A stretch of 58,265 nucleotides of DNA, filler included, from Jimgerdemannia flammicorona (Eukaryota): assembly GCA_003990765.1 (NCBI GenBank). It is 2 parts of 2 records of this genome, joined end to end, with 100 filler letters (N's around TTAATTAATTAA, not from the genome) between each part and the next. Parts side by side here need not be neighbours in the genome. Positions count along the whole stretch, not along the records: positions 29,190 to 58,265 come from RBNJ01000521.1; 1 more part is not named here. One strand, written 5' to 3'. A program made the translations under genes and the position numbers. The notes beneath the pieces were generated by a model, which worked only from the letters and a program-made list of their open reading frames with translations, did no database searches and was not told where the DNA came from. Positions 36,401 through 48,037 of the stretch are shown here, in pieces. Every line of letters begins with the position of its first letter. Position 1 is the first letter of the stretch.

Positions 36401-39400
36401 CAAAGTCTACTATCTTGGTGATCAGATTATTGAGATGATACAGAGTAGTAACAGTTGCTCATATTACTGTTCAGAGTTTTCAGTTGAGATAGACACTAGT
36501 CATATATCCTATCTTTTAGCAATAGAAGTATACTTTACTTCTTCAGAGTTCATTTCTTTCTCCTTTTGTAAGTTCTTGAAGATACTTAGCTAAGTAGGTT
36601 TAGAATTTCAGAGTGTCTAAGAGATGAATGTAGAGAGAGCTCATCTTTTTTAGTCCAAGTTTTTTCCTTGTTATTGAATTGTCTTCAGGGCAGAATTGGT
36701 CCAGCTGTTAGAATTTACTTAATCATAGTCTTGATTCTTGTCAGGTATTATTATTGGTGATCATAACCAACTAGATATCTTTGTTCTTAGATTTTTCTTG
36801 TAAGCCATTTAGGTAGAGTATCAAACAAATAGTCTGCTCTTGTACCATTTCATGCTTTGTCATTGACAATATATTCTAGACCAATGATGTTCAAGAGTGA
36901 CTTGAGTTTTGTATAGAAGGTTTCAAATTTCTTTTTCCATATACATCAAATTTGAGATTGTAGAGTTTCACTCAAGATTCAGTAATTAGAGTTTTATTGC
37001 AATATTAAGCAATCATGAGTTGTTTGAGTCCAGGGGCCACAGGGTGGTCTCCATATCTCAGGGTATTATTTGCTATATTTTGGGTAATAACTATAGGTCA
37101 GGTGTCTCATATGAGGGGTTTTTCAGAAAGAGTTCATCACTATTCTTCAGCAGGTCCTCAGAAGAATGTAACAACTCAGTGGACATAAGCTGTAGTGATA
37201 GCAAAGAGTTGTTCCAGAGTGTAGTCTTGATTGTTTGTCAGAAGGTAGTCAGCAACTTATTCATTAGTTTATTGGTTAACTTTAAAGTTAGTATTAACTA
37301 TACTAATAAAGCTTTGAACTTCCTGTATGGTATCATTAAAGGTAGATAGGTTCAGACTTTTTGTTGGTCAGATCTGTTCAGCTAGGGCAGTAATGGTTGC
37401 TGTCATTATAGCTATCTATACTATAAGGTCTAGAATCTGTTAGTTTACTATGTTATTTACTAGAGGTGGTTGGACTACTGATACTAAAGTTACTAATATA
37501 ACTTGAGATACTAATATAGAGTGTGATGGTGTTCTTTGAGTCTATATAAGTTGCTGAAGTAACTGTTATAGGTCTGGAGTAAGAGCTTGATAGATAACTG
37601 TCTATTACTATATAGGTGTATTTTGTCCTGATGGAGGTGTATCTCCTTTGGTAGTATATCTAGAATTGAATTTACTGAGATACTCCTCTTTCTCTTTGAT
37701 TTGGTCTCTATATAATTATGTTTGCTTAGCATTGAAGTAGATAGTATCAGTTATATATTAGATTTTAGATGGGCTTAAATCAAGAGTTTGATCTGATTCA
37801 GTATTGGTTTCAGTTTCAAGTAGAGCTGTAGCTGGGCCTGCTTCTAGTTCAGGATTAAGTAGTTGATGAAGGGTTTTTCTTACTTCTTTTTTAAGAATAT
37901 GGCAGACCTTATAATTCTGGAAGTGATAGTATAAGGTAGTCTTGGTCCTGGTGTAGTGATAGTTAGTAGAGTTGAGCTACTTGGCTATAGAGGCTTAGGC
38001 TTCATGAGAAATTAAGGCTAGAAAGATAGCTGCTGATTGTTCTAGATCACTTAGATTTGTAGAGCTAATAAAACTCTTATTGAGAAGAGTAAAAAAGACT
38101 TCTATAAGACCTTCTTCATCTTGACTTATAGAGTATAGAGCAAGGAGTTTGGTATATAGGGTTTTGTCTATCTGCTGATTTAATTAGAGTACTTCTTTTT
38201 GTAGATAAAGTCTGTCCCACTTATTGTAAGTATGAAGGTCAAATTGTCCTTATATGTCAGGTTCAATTCTCTCCAGATTGTTAGATAGTTTGGAATGAAT
38301 TTCAGTTTAGAGGTTGGACTTTATATCAACTTATAGAAATTTTCATAGAGGTTTATAGTAGAGTAACAAAGTATCTTGAAGCAGAATTGGATTGTAAACT
38401 ATTACTACTAAGTTATAAGAGGGTAACTTATAAAAGTACCATTATATAGTTCTGAAAGGATTTTCTGGAAGTTCTGGATATTCTGGAAGATCATTTTCTT
38501 AAGATCAAGATCAATCTTATATAGAATATGTCATTTATACTTATTGATTTCTAGATTGAGTTGATATTTCAACTAAAGTTCTTTTACAGACTAGTTCTAA
38601 ATATTCAGGATTTTTCATATTTCAGGAAGTTTAAAAAACTAAGACTAGCTTAGTTGAATTGGTATATCACTGTAGACAATATTTAATTAGGAACTTTTAT
38701 GACATAGTTAGGAGTAAGATCTAATAGAGTACAGATTTACTTAAGAGTAGTTTGTGAATTATTAAATAGATTTATTTGCTATTTATAATATTGCTATACT
38801 AAGAGTAGTTATATAAAGAGATATTGTAGAGAAGTGTTCAGAAGTTGTATTTAGATTATTTAAGTTTAAGATTCTGAGGTCTGGGAGAGGGGGTATTTAT
38901 ACTAAAGGGGGGCTATCTAGACTATGCTAAATATAGATATAGTACTTAGTACCTTATTGAGTCAGAATGCAGTCACATAGTATAATTGTAAACTGACATA
39001 TCAAAAGATCATCTGACTGCTGAGTCAGTATACAGTTATATCATATGAGGCTAATCTATCTATACTAATGACTGCTAAGCTATCTATAGATTTAGATACT
39101 GTCTAGGTAGTCTTCAATGACATCACCATTGATGACATTATCTCTGATGAAGTAGTTATCTAGAAAGAGTAGTTTTTAGATTACTTCTCTCTATTTACTT
39201 TAGTAATAATATATTGGGACCATGTTACTATTCTACAAAATATCATCTGTCTCATATACTGGATATAAAGTTGGTAGATAAAGGAGAGATATATCATCTT
39301 TGCTTTTATCAGATTCACTATCTGTATACCTTCTATAGGTTATGGTACTATGTATTGCTGGGTTGTAGTAAGCTGGTAGCTATTCTTCATATTACTCATA

Positions 39401-40442
39401 CTCAGGTGGTAGAGTTGTCAGTTTGATCTCAAGAGTTATCTGGAGATATAGATTATATTCTCCAGTTTTCTCATTATAGTTGAAGTAGTTAGAGGTAAAT
39501 GTGGATTGATACTTATACTAATAGTCATTATCCCAATGGTCTCATAGATAGTTATGAACTATTATAAGTTCATCAGCAAGATTGGTGAAGTAATCAGGGC
39601 TTGCAGAGATCCTTAGCTAGAGGTTATATTAGTATCAGAGAGATTATTGTCTTCTGCTTCATCATTATTGAACTAGATTATATCATAGACATTCTTCATA
39701 GTATATCCAACTTAGGGCATTTGCAAGATGTAGTCATCAGAGTACAGGAAGGTTTTGTCTATAGTTTAAATATACTCAATATACTTGTGATTGAGTTCTT
39801 GTATCATATTGTCAATTTGGCCAGAAGACAGAGTGGTAACCATTTCAGTAGTGGTAACTTGGAGGTAGAAAATAAAGGTGCTATACTTATAGAAGAGTTC
39901 TCAGTGTTTGTAGATAATGAGTTTCTAGTGTTGAGATATCTGTATAATATCTGTATCATAGTAGTATTTGACCATATCTTCTAAGAGACAGCCAATCTAA
40001 TAGTAGCTTGAGATTTGTCCAATTCAGTAAGCTTTGCTGAGTATATTCAGAGTATTCTATCAGGCTTCTATAAAGTAGAGAAGTGCCAGACTATGGATAT
40101 TCATAAGGGATAAGAGAGAGATGGCTCAGTTAACAATGATATTCCAAATATCAGTATAGATGTAGTTGTAGATCTCAGTAGTTATGTTTATATATATATT
40201 CAAGAGTTGTCATTGTTTGTTTGGTTTGTTGTAGTTCTTTATTTCAATACTCAGTATATATACATTTGGTCCTGATTGGTAAGGTTCTATTTGTATAAAT
40301 CTTATATTCTGTAACTTTGAGTTGACTCAGCTTTATGCTCTGTGACTTCAGTTTGACTCAGCTTTGTGATCTTACATGTGATTTTCAGATTTGTTCAGAG
40401 GGTGATATGTGATTTTGGTGGCTTGGAGGTTGTGTGCTTATA
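33466..40442 (-). mobile_element. Element B 5' part: 5' LTR (38414-40442), PBS, gag, dUTPase, protease, RT, RNase H, IN zinc-finger domain
   Basis: Degenerate CCHC at about 36490-36530. dUTPase AARYNL / SSL / EGGIIDKDYIGEI / GSKGFSSS at 36410-36005. Protease MIDSSISGNFI at about 35730. RT PFDLTNTPAIFQ..YIDNILVFS (34477..34779). RNase H VTTDASDLALGAVL at about 34190. IN CDTCQCNK at about 33500, then truncated. Confidence 0.92.
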
Positions 40443-43400
40443 GAATGAGTCAGCAAGGAGGAATACTGAGAGAGGGTAGGCAGAGGAAGTGAAGAGGGTG
40501 GCCCAGAGAGTTGAGAAGACTGTAGATAAGGAGAAGTAACTGTGGAAAATGCTGGAAAATGTAGTGGCTGAGGAGCTAGGAGGGGAGGACTTTTAGGTAC
40601 TTAGTAAGAGATACTAGGGTGAAATTCTGTATAGTGAGAAGGTACTAAGAAAAATCTATGATGAGATAATAGCAATATTACTGGAGGCTGAGACTTATCA
40701 AGTGGATAATAACAGGAAGGCAGTGCTTAGGATAATTGCAAATAATTATGCTACTTATATATGGGGTCTAAGGAAGAGACTGGAAAAGTAGCAAGTAATA
40801 TATGAGGAGTACCAGTCAGAGATAGAGGCTATGGATGGGACAGATTGTCAGGAGATCTTAGTGATACTAGATACTTAGCAGAAGGAGACAGATAAGTTAG
40901 TAGTAGAGAGGAACTTGGATCTTATATGTGATGAGATGAGTATAGAATTATAGGGTGGGTGCTTTCATTCAAAAAACATTATTCAATATGAATAGTACAA
41001 CTAGAATCTTCTCTTTGAATATCAATAGACTGAGAGATACAATGAGGTATCAGAATATCTTTAGTTGGTTGAAGAGACTGAATGTTGATCTTTTCTTATT
41101 ATAGGATGTGGGTTATGATATGGACTTAGACTTACTGGACTAGATAAGAGAATAAGGAGATACAGTGATATGGCAGGGTCAAGTAAATATTCTAGTTAGA
41201 AAGGGGGAGGGGGACATTGGAGATATTGGACATTAGGAGAGCTAATTGATATGGAGAGTATAGAGGAGGCCAGGCTAGAGCCTCCTGACTGTTGGGTCAT
41301 ATTACTGTCCAGCAGAAAGGAGGAAATATATGGATTAGATAAGGGGTCTGCAGGAGGTAGGTATTCTGATAGTTGTAGAAATTGGCTGTTTAGAGGGTGA
41401 CTTTAATATAATATATAATGGAAGGATAGATTGAACTGATGGAGAGAAGAGAATAGTAGGTAGGAGTGGAGGAATAAAAGATTGAGAGAAGTTGGAGAGA
41501 CTGAGCTCTTTGGTAGATGTAAGAAGACTTAGGTAGGGAGATCATTAAGTCTATACTTACTGGGTAGCAGGGTTGGAATTATAAATTGACTGGGTATTGA
41601 CAGCTGAGTGCTGAAGAGCAAATATCTGAAGCAAGATGGAGATGGTCTGGTGTTCTTGGTCTGACTACTGGAAATTGCTAGATGGAGAGAGGTTTGGAGA
41701 TAGGGGAGAGGGGTCTGAATATTGATATCTAAAGACTTCACTGCTGGGAGACCATACCTTGTAGGAAGAATGGGTGGTAGATGTTAGCACTAGGATTATT
41801 AGCTAGAGGGCACAGAGATTGGAGATTGGGAATTATTGACAGTAGTTGAAATCTGATACTCAGCAATACTGGGGAGATATGGGGAGAGAGAGGGGTACTC
41901 AGCAGAGGTGTTAAGCTTGGTGGACATCAAGAAGGTTGGAACAACTACTGGAGAGGTGGGCTAGGTCTTTGACTTACTGTGAGGAAGGAGATTGGAGAAT
42001 TTAGCAGATTTAGTAAGAGATGAAAGAACTAAAGAGACTGCTTAGATAGGAGGAGGAACTGCAGATGAAGGGACTGGTAGTAAGGCTATAGTGGTAGGGT
42101 CTAGAGGAGGGGGGGTAGCCTATAAAGTTTTTATTACAGTTGTTACAGACTAGGAGGATGAGGTAGTGGTGGGAAAAAGTATTAGATAAGGTAGAGAAAA
42201 TAGTAATTGGGATACCTGAGATCTTGGACATACTGCAGTCTTACTGGAAGCAACTGTAGAGTGAAGAAAAAGGTGGTGAAGATACCATTGGCATTAAAAG
42301 GCAGTTGGAGGATTAGCACTTAGACCCAGCTATAGACCTAGACAAACTTAGAGCTCCTATATAAGAAGAGGAGGTGTGTCAGATTTTAGTGATAATAAGT
42401 ATAAAGATAGCCTTAGGAGAAGATGGGTTACTATGAAACTTTTGGAAGAAGATAGCTAGAATCATAGTTGTACTAAAGGAGATAGTATAGATGTGTGATG
42501 AGATCATTAGCTCAGAGACCTGGATTGGGAGACAGTGACTGGGGCTTATAGCTCTATTATATAAGAACAAAGGAAGAAGGGAGAATTGGAAGAACTAGAG
42601 GCTAATTATGCTCCTGGATATAGATTGCAAGTTGGTGATGAAGATATTAGTAGCCAGACTGCAGAGAGTGACTCATCAGATATTGGGGGCTGAACAGAGA
42701 GACTTGTTTGATCTATAATAGAACAGCATAGGTTTATAGTATTATCGAGAGTGTGCATACAGCTGGGGTCAATAGTTGACTAGTTTTTCTGGACCAAGAG
42801 AAAGCTTATGATAGAGTTTAGTATATATGACTGAAGAGAGTATTGAAGTAGATAGAAGTCTCTCCAGGATTTAGAAGATCGTTGATTTGTCTGTTAGAGG
42901 AGAGTCAAATAGCTATTATAGTAAAGAGATATAGAGGAGAGTTCTTTCCCCTAGGCAGAGGAGTACCACAAGGAGACCCACTGTCACTGATCCTCTATAC
43001 TCTCTCATTGGAACTTCTGTTGAATAGAATATGGTACAAAGTTAGGGGTTTGAATATTTTGGGAGTAAATTGAAAGATTAGAGTCTTTGCTGATAATATA
43101 GTAGTCAGGCTGAGCTCTGTAGAGGATGTGGCAGTACTGAAGAATGCAGTAGAGTGATATGAGGAGTGCTCAGATACCAGACTCAATTGACATAAGTGCA
43201 AGACTTTAGTTCTAGGAGGAGAAATAGTTGGTGGTGATGTAATAAACATAGTAGTCTCAGCTGGAGAAGTAGTCTACTATCTGGGAATCTATTTTTTGAT
43301 GTATGGCTTCTTGCTATCTCATGGTTGGTGGGAGCAGTGACTACTCATATGAGGGGATATTCTCTTGCAGTAAGAAGACCATTATATCTTACTAGCAGGA

Positions 43401-44815
43401 AGAGTAATAGTGCTGAATGTATACTGCTACCTAAGCTGTGGTATTTAGGACATCACTTGGACTTTCCAGTATAGGTGGTTAAGAGGCTAATAAAGATGGC
43501 AAGGTCATGAATCTGGGCAGGGCAGTGGAGTCAGATTGACTGGGAGGTATTGACAATACCAGTAGATAGAGGAGGACTGGATCTAGTGAACTTTACCAAA
43601 TACTTATACTGCTTGAGGGCATAGTGGCTGAAGAAAGTAAGTGAATTGTAGGGCTGCAAGTGGATACTCCTTATATAGTGAGTATGGGAGGCTTGATGCT
43701 TCTCCTGGGATACAACAGGTGACCTGCTTGCTCTGATGGCTCTTGAAGAGAGTAAAAAGATATACTATAAAGAATTCTGATGGAGAGTAGTGAATAGTGC
43801 TCACTACATTGATCTCAGATAGAGGAGTGATGAGAGAAAAGAGGAATGGGGACCCCAGATGTGGAGATGGAACCATCTACTGTTAGGAGGTACCCCAGTA
43901 GATAACTTTCAACTAAATGATGGCATAGAGTATCTATGGAAGTATGAGAGGGATCTGTGGCCAGAGGCTTGGCAGGGGGTAGAGATTCATGAGAAGTGGA
44001 ACTGGATTAGTATCTGGTCTTGGTACAAGAAGGTGGTAAGATAGCTTCTCTCCAAGTTTTGTATAGTATAGTGGAGGCTACTATGATACAATATGATACA
44101 AAACTACTGATTGGGAAATTTGATAGAAGGAGGTATTCTGAAGTATAGAGAGTATCTGAATATCAGACAGGAGGGGGACATAGTGCAGATCGCTAAGTAT
44201 TGGCTGGGGGAGTATAAGGTGTTGGGAGATTTCTGACAAATTGTCAAAGATCAGATAGGACTACAGTCTTTAGAGAGAGTAGAGGGGGTGAGGTGGGATA
44301 ATCTTTAGCATAGGCTGGTGGAGGAGGAAGAAGGCCCAGCGGGAGCCAAGGGAGCGAACCCAGAGCCAGTGTCAAAGTGAACAGAAGACATGTGGAAGAG
44401 CATGTATAAGGGGGACAAACAAAGAATGTAACTGAAAATGCATTAGCCATTTATTGCTATGTAAAAATGTGGTCCTTATATACAAAATACGACATCCCAA
44501 AAGGGAGGATGCACCACAACTCGGGGCGAACCGAATTAGGAACCACATGACCACTGGAGATAGGTGGAGATAAAGGGAGAGCCAATCCCAGTTGCAGGAT
44601 AAAAATCACAAACAAATACAAACAAAACAAATCCAAATCGAGATTAAAAAACATCCACAGACCCCGGAGGGGTGAGCGTAAGCGAGGGGTGAGGCCGAAA
44701 TGGAGCGAGCTGCAGCGAGCCCGAGTGAAGCGAGGGGCTGAAGGCAGCAGAGGGGAGTGGAGTGAGGCCGAGACCCCGGAGCGAGCGCGAGACTCCGGAA
44801 GGGGCAAGGATGTTT

Positions 44816-46734
44816 TTAATCCTCTTCGGCAGAACTGGAGGCACCAGAAGGTGATGAAAACGCAAAACGAGAGCAATGGATTGAAGAAGAAATAGAAGGA
44901 AGATGTGAATGAACAATCAGAGGGCGTCGGGAAAGAGATGAAAGTCCATGGCATGAAAGAGAAGAGTGCAGGACGGTATCAGAGCATTGAGCAACCCAGC
45001 AAGCACGATCAAATGGTATGATAAGAATCAGGGGTGGGAAAGAAGAGGGGGTACAGAGAGGGTAAGAGGGGAGAGAGGGAAGGGAGGGGGGATAAAGAGA
45101 AGAGAGTAGGGTAGAGCAAACAACAGACCATTCAACAGAAGCAAGCAGATCACAAACGATAGAAATAGGGTAGGCACGATGATGGACCATGAAGTTGCCA
45201 AGAACCCGAATAGCAGACACCCAATCAGAACGATGGGAGCAGTATAATGCAAGATGACAAGCCTCACCCCAAATGCATTCAAGAAGAGTGCGACGAGGAT
45301 GATTGGACAAGAAGTCAGGGAACTGTTGGGAATGGGGAAAACGAGAATAAACAATAGTTTGAAAAGGAGAAAAAGAAATGAAAAGGTCCAAAAAGGGAAT
45401 ACTAGTCGTACTGCACATCCAGGTAATAGAATGGTGGGGAGGGTAGATGCTCAGGAATACACTAGGGATATCAACACCAGTAACAGTAAAGACAATAAAG
45501 TCATCAATGTATCAGTAAAAGAAGATATCTCCAGCCCGGAACACAATGGAAAGAGGTGAAGTAATATCATATAACACACGCAATTCGTGGGCCAGGCCAA
45601 CAAGGTTGGCAAGGGTGGGGGCACAATTCGTTCCCATGGCAATACCAGAAGTCTGGTGGAAGGAGCCAAGGGCCGACTCAAAATAATTAGAGCCGCAGAC
45701 GAGGAGCGTAAGCTCAACAATGGAAGCCAATGAAACTGGGGAATCCAAAGGAAAAACAATGAAACCCAAGAAACAAAGGCAAGCATCGATCTCATCAAAA
45801 TGAATAGCAGTATAAAAGGAAGAGAAGTCACCAGAGGCCAAGTGGGAAAAATGATGAACAGGCACAATGGTGGAGCAGAGAAGGGCGAGCTCCTGAGTAT
45901 TACGAAGAATGGTATACTCAGGCCCAAGATGGTGTTGTAAGAGAGCCATCCAGGAGAGAAAGAAGTGGGATAACCACTTTGAAATCTTGGTGGTAGGAGA
46001 ACTGTAAGCAGCTGTAATAGGATACCAAGCTTGTGAACTTTAGGAAGAGCATAGAAAACCAGAAGAGAAATATCCGGGGAGGATAAAGAGTCCTGAAAGA
46101 AGTTAAAAATGGGGTTTGCGAATGGAGAATCCAAAAGCAATCTAGCATGAGCCAGAGATATCCGAAGAAGAGTGAGAACCTCACCCAATCCAAGAGCACT
46201 AGGCTCGTAAGCCGTGGCTCGAAGGAGGGCAGAAAGGCCATCAAGGTAGAGTGACTTAGGAATAAGTGCAAAACCCTGATTCTTATCAGTGACTATGAGC
46301 AAATGTATAGGCAATTGCTTGATCAATTTAAGTGTGGTATGTATGGCACAGTCCGAAACCAAGCAAGAGCAAGCGCATCCAGGAATGAACAACAAGCAAG
46401 CCATGTTGAGGAATACGCAGTGTGAAGAGACATTGGGAGGGGGGATCCAATCACTAGGAACAAAATAGCAAGAGAGCATCTCACTGTGATCTTGAAAGAA
46501 AATGGCAAGGTCAAGAGCATGATGAAAGCATGTGAGATGAGCCAGATCGGTGAAGGAGAATTGTGAGAGAGTTGCAGGAAAAACAAAGCGAGGACCCAAG
46601 GATAAGACAAAGACTTGAAGGGGAGAAAGGGGGCAGTTAGCCGAAGAAAAAGGAGGAGACAAAAGAGCTCCAAGAGAAGAATAAACCCAAAAGTTCGGGA
46701 CAAGCAACTGGGAAAGGCGAAGAGGGGACAGCAT
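44816..46734 (-). pseudogene. Penelope-like reverse transcriptase (several frameshifts, one stop), no GIY-YIG seen
   Basis: VLSLGPRF, SDWIPP, TDKNQG, FYALPKVHK, GDFSSFYT, QTSGIAMGTNCAPTLANL, FY*YIDD (RYIDD), IPFLDL, SNHP..GE..CS..RAYP thumb. It terminates SAEED* at the pseudo-LTR boundary. Confidence 0.9.
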
Positions 46735-46820
46735 GAGGAACTACTCAGGGCGCACCAGAAGTGACAACAGAATCCGAGAAGGGATGGGGACACCGGAGGA
46801 GAACCACACCCAGGGGAAGT

Positions 46821-48037
46821 TTAAGAGCAGGAGGCCTTCTCCTTCCCTCTGACTTTTTTTGAAGGTAGCGAACTTGACGAATGAGAGCACACCCCATCAG
46901 AGTGCCAGACCTTGCAGCCACAGGCTTTTGTGCAGCCCTTACATTCAGGGGCACAGAGGGAGGAGGCAGAGGAGGAACTGGCAGAGGAGGCCAAAGGCAA
47001 GTGAGCAGTCAAAGGGGCAGCAGCGCAAGGAATACCACCATGAGGACAGACAGACTTGGCCGGGTGCCAGTAGCACAGTGGAGGTGACCGGAGCAGACAG
47101 CACAAGGCCAAGCCCCAACAGGGCAAGAACCAAGTTGGCAGCCATGCTTGGGGGCAGGGGGAATGGAGGAGGAAGCCTTGGCGGGGGAGGGGGACTGAGA
47201 AGAGGCCGATGAAGCCTGATTGGGCTTGGTGGGGGACTTGGCGGGGGTCTTGGAGGGGGCCTTGGCGGTGGCAGCAGCGAAGGAACAAATCTCAGTACAG
47301 GCAGCAGCACAAGCTTTGGCACGAATGGCCTCGGAGACCGAAACTTCAGGGGAAGCAGGCAGGGGAGCAGTGGCGGCAGTGCGAGCAGCAGCAGCAGTAT
47401 ATGATGTCTCCTGCTCATGAAGACAAGTGACAAAAGAGGTGCCGGCGAGGAGGAAACGACACACAGCATCGATGTCAGCAGCGACAGAAGGAACATCTTG
47501 GATGGTGAAGCTACAGAAGGGGGCAGCATCTGAAAGGCAGGAGGAGGCGAAGGCCACAAAGGCGGCACAGGCACATTGGAAGGAGGCAGAGGCAGTGGTG
47601 GCGGAAGCAGCGGCGGCATCAGTGGTAGCAAGCTTGGCAGCGGTAGTGGCAGCACGAATCTCTTCAGAGAGGGCTTGGCGGCAGGCCTCAGGGAGAATGG
47701 AATAGCGGATGGCAGGCGGAGTGACGGCATCGACGTCATGGTGGAGACGAGCCTCCTTAGTAGAGAGGGCAAGAACTGACCGGAACTGGGAGAGGAGCAG
47801 ATGACCAGAGGGACAAAGGTCCAAGAGAAGGGAAAGGATGGCAGACAAGACATAGGCCTCAAACGAGACAGTGGTGGGGGTGAAGGCAGGGAGAGGGGGA
47901 GGAGGAAGTTCCTTATCCATGAGCTCGTCGATGAGGACGGTGGCCCTGAGGGCAGGCGGTACAGCAGAGGAGGAAGAAGGCCCAGCGGGAGCCAAGGGAG
48001 CGAACCCAGAGCCAGTGTCAAAGCGAATAGAAGACAT
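46821..48037 (-). CDS. PLE ORF1, Ala/Pro/Ser-rich with a Cys/His-rich C-terminus; probable frameshift near 47060
   Basis: 342-aa ORF 47009..48037 starting inside the pseudo-LTR, continued by the frame of 46821..47288. TATATAA-like box at about 48122-48128 upstream. Confidence 0.65.

Noticed and set aside
29595..40442. 2-kb inverted repeats suggesting a giant TIR transposon
   Set aside because: They are the two LTRs of element B (PPT, PBS and 5-bp TSD present) placed in opposite orientation by an inversion.
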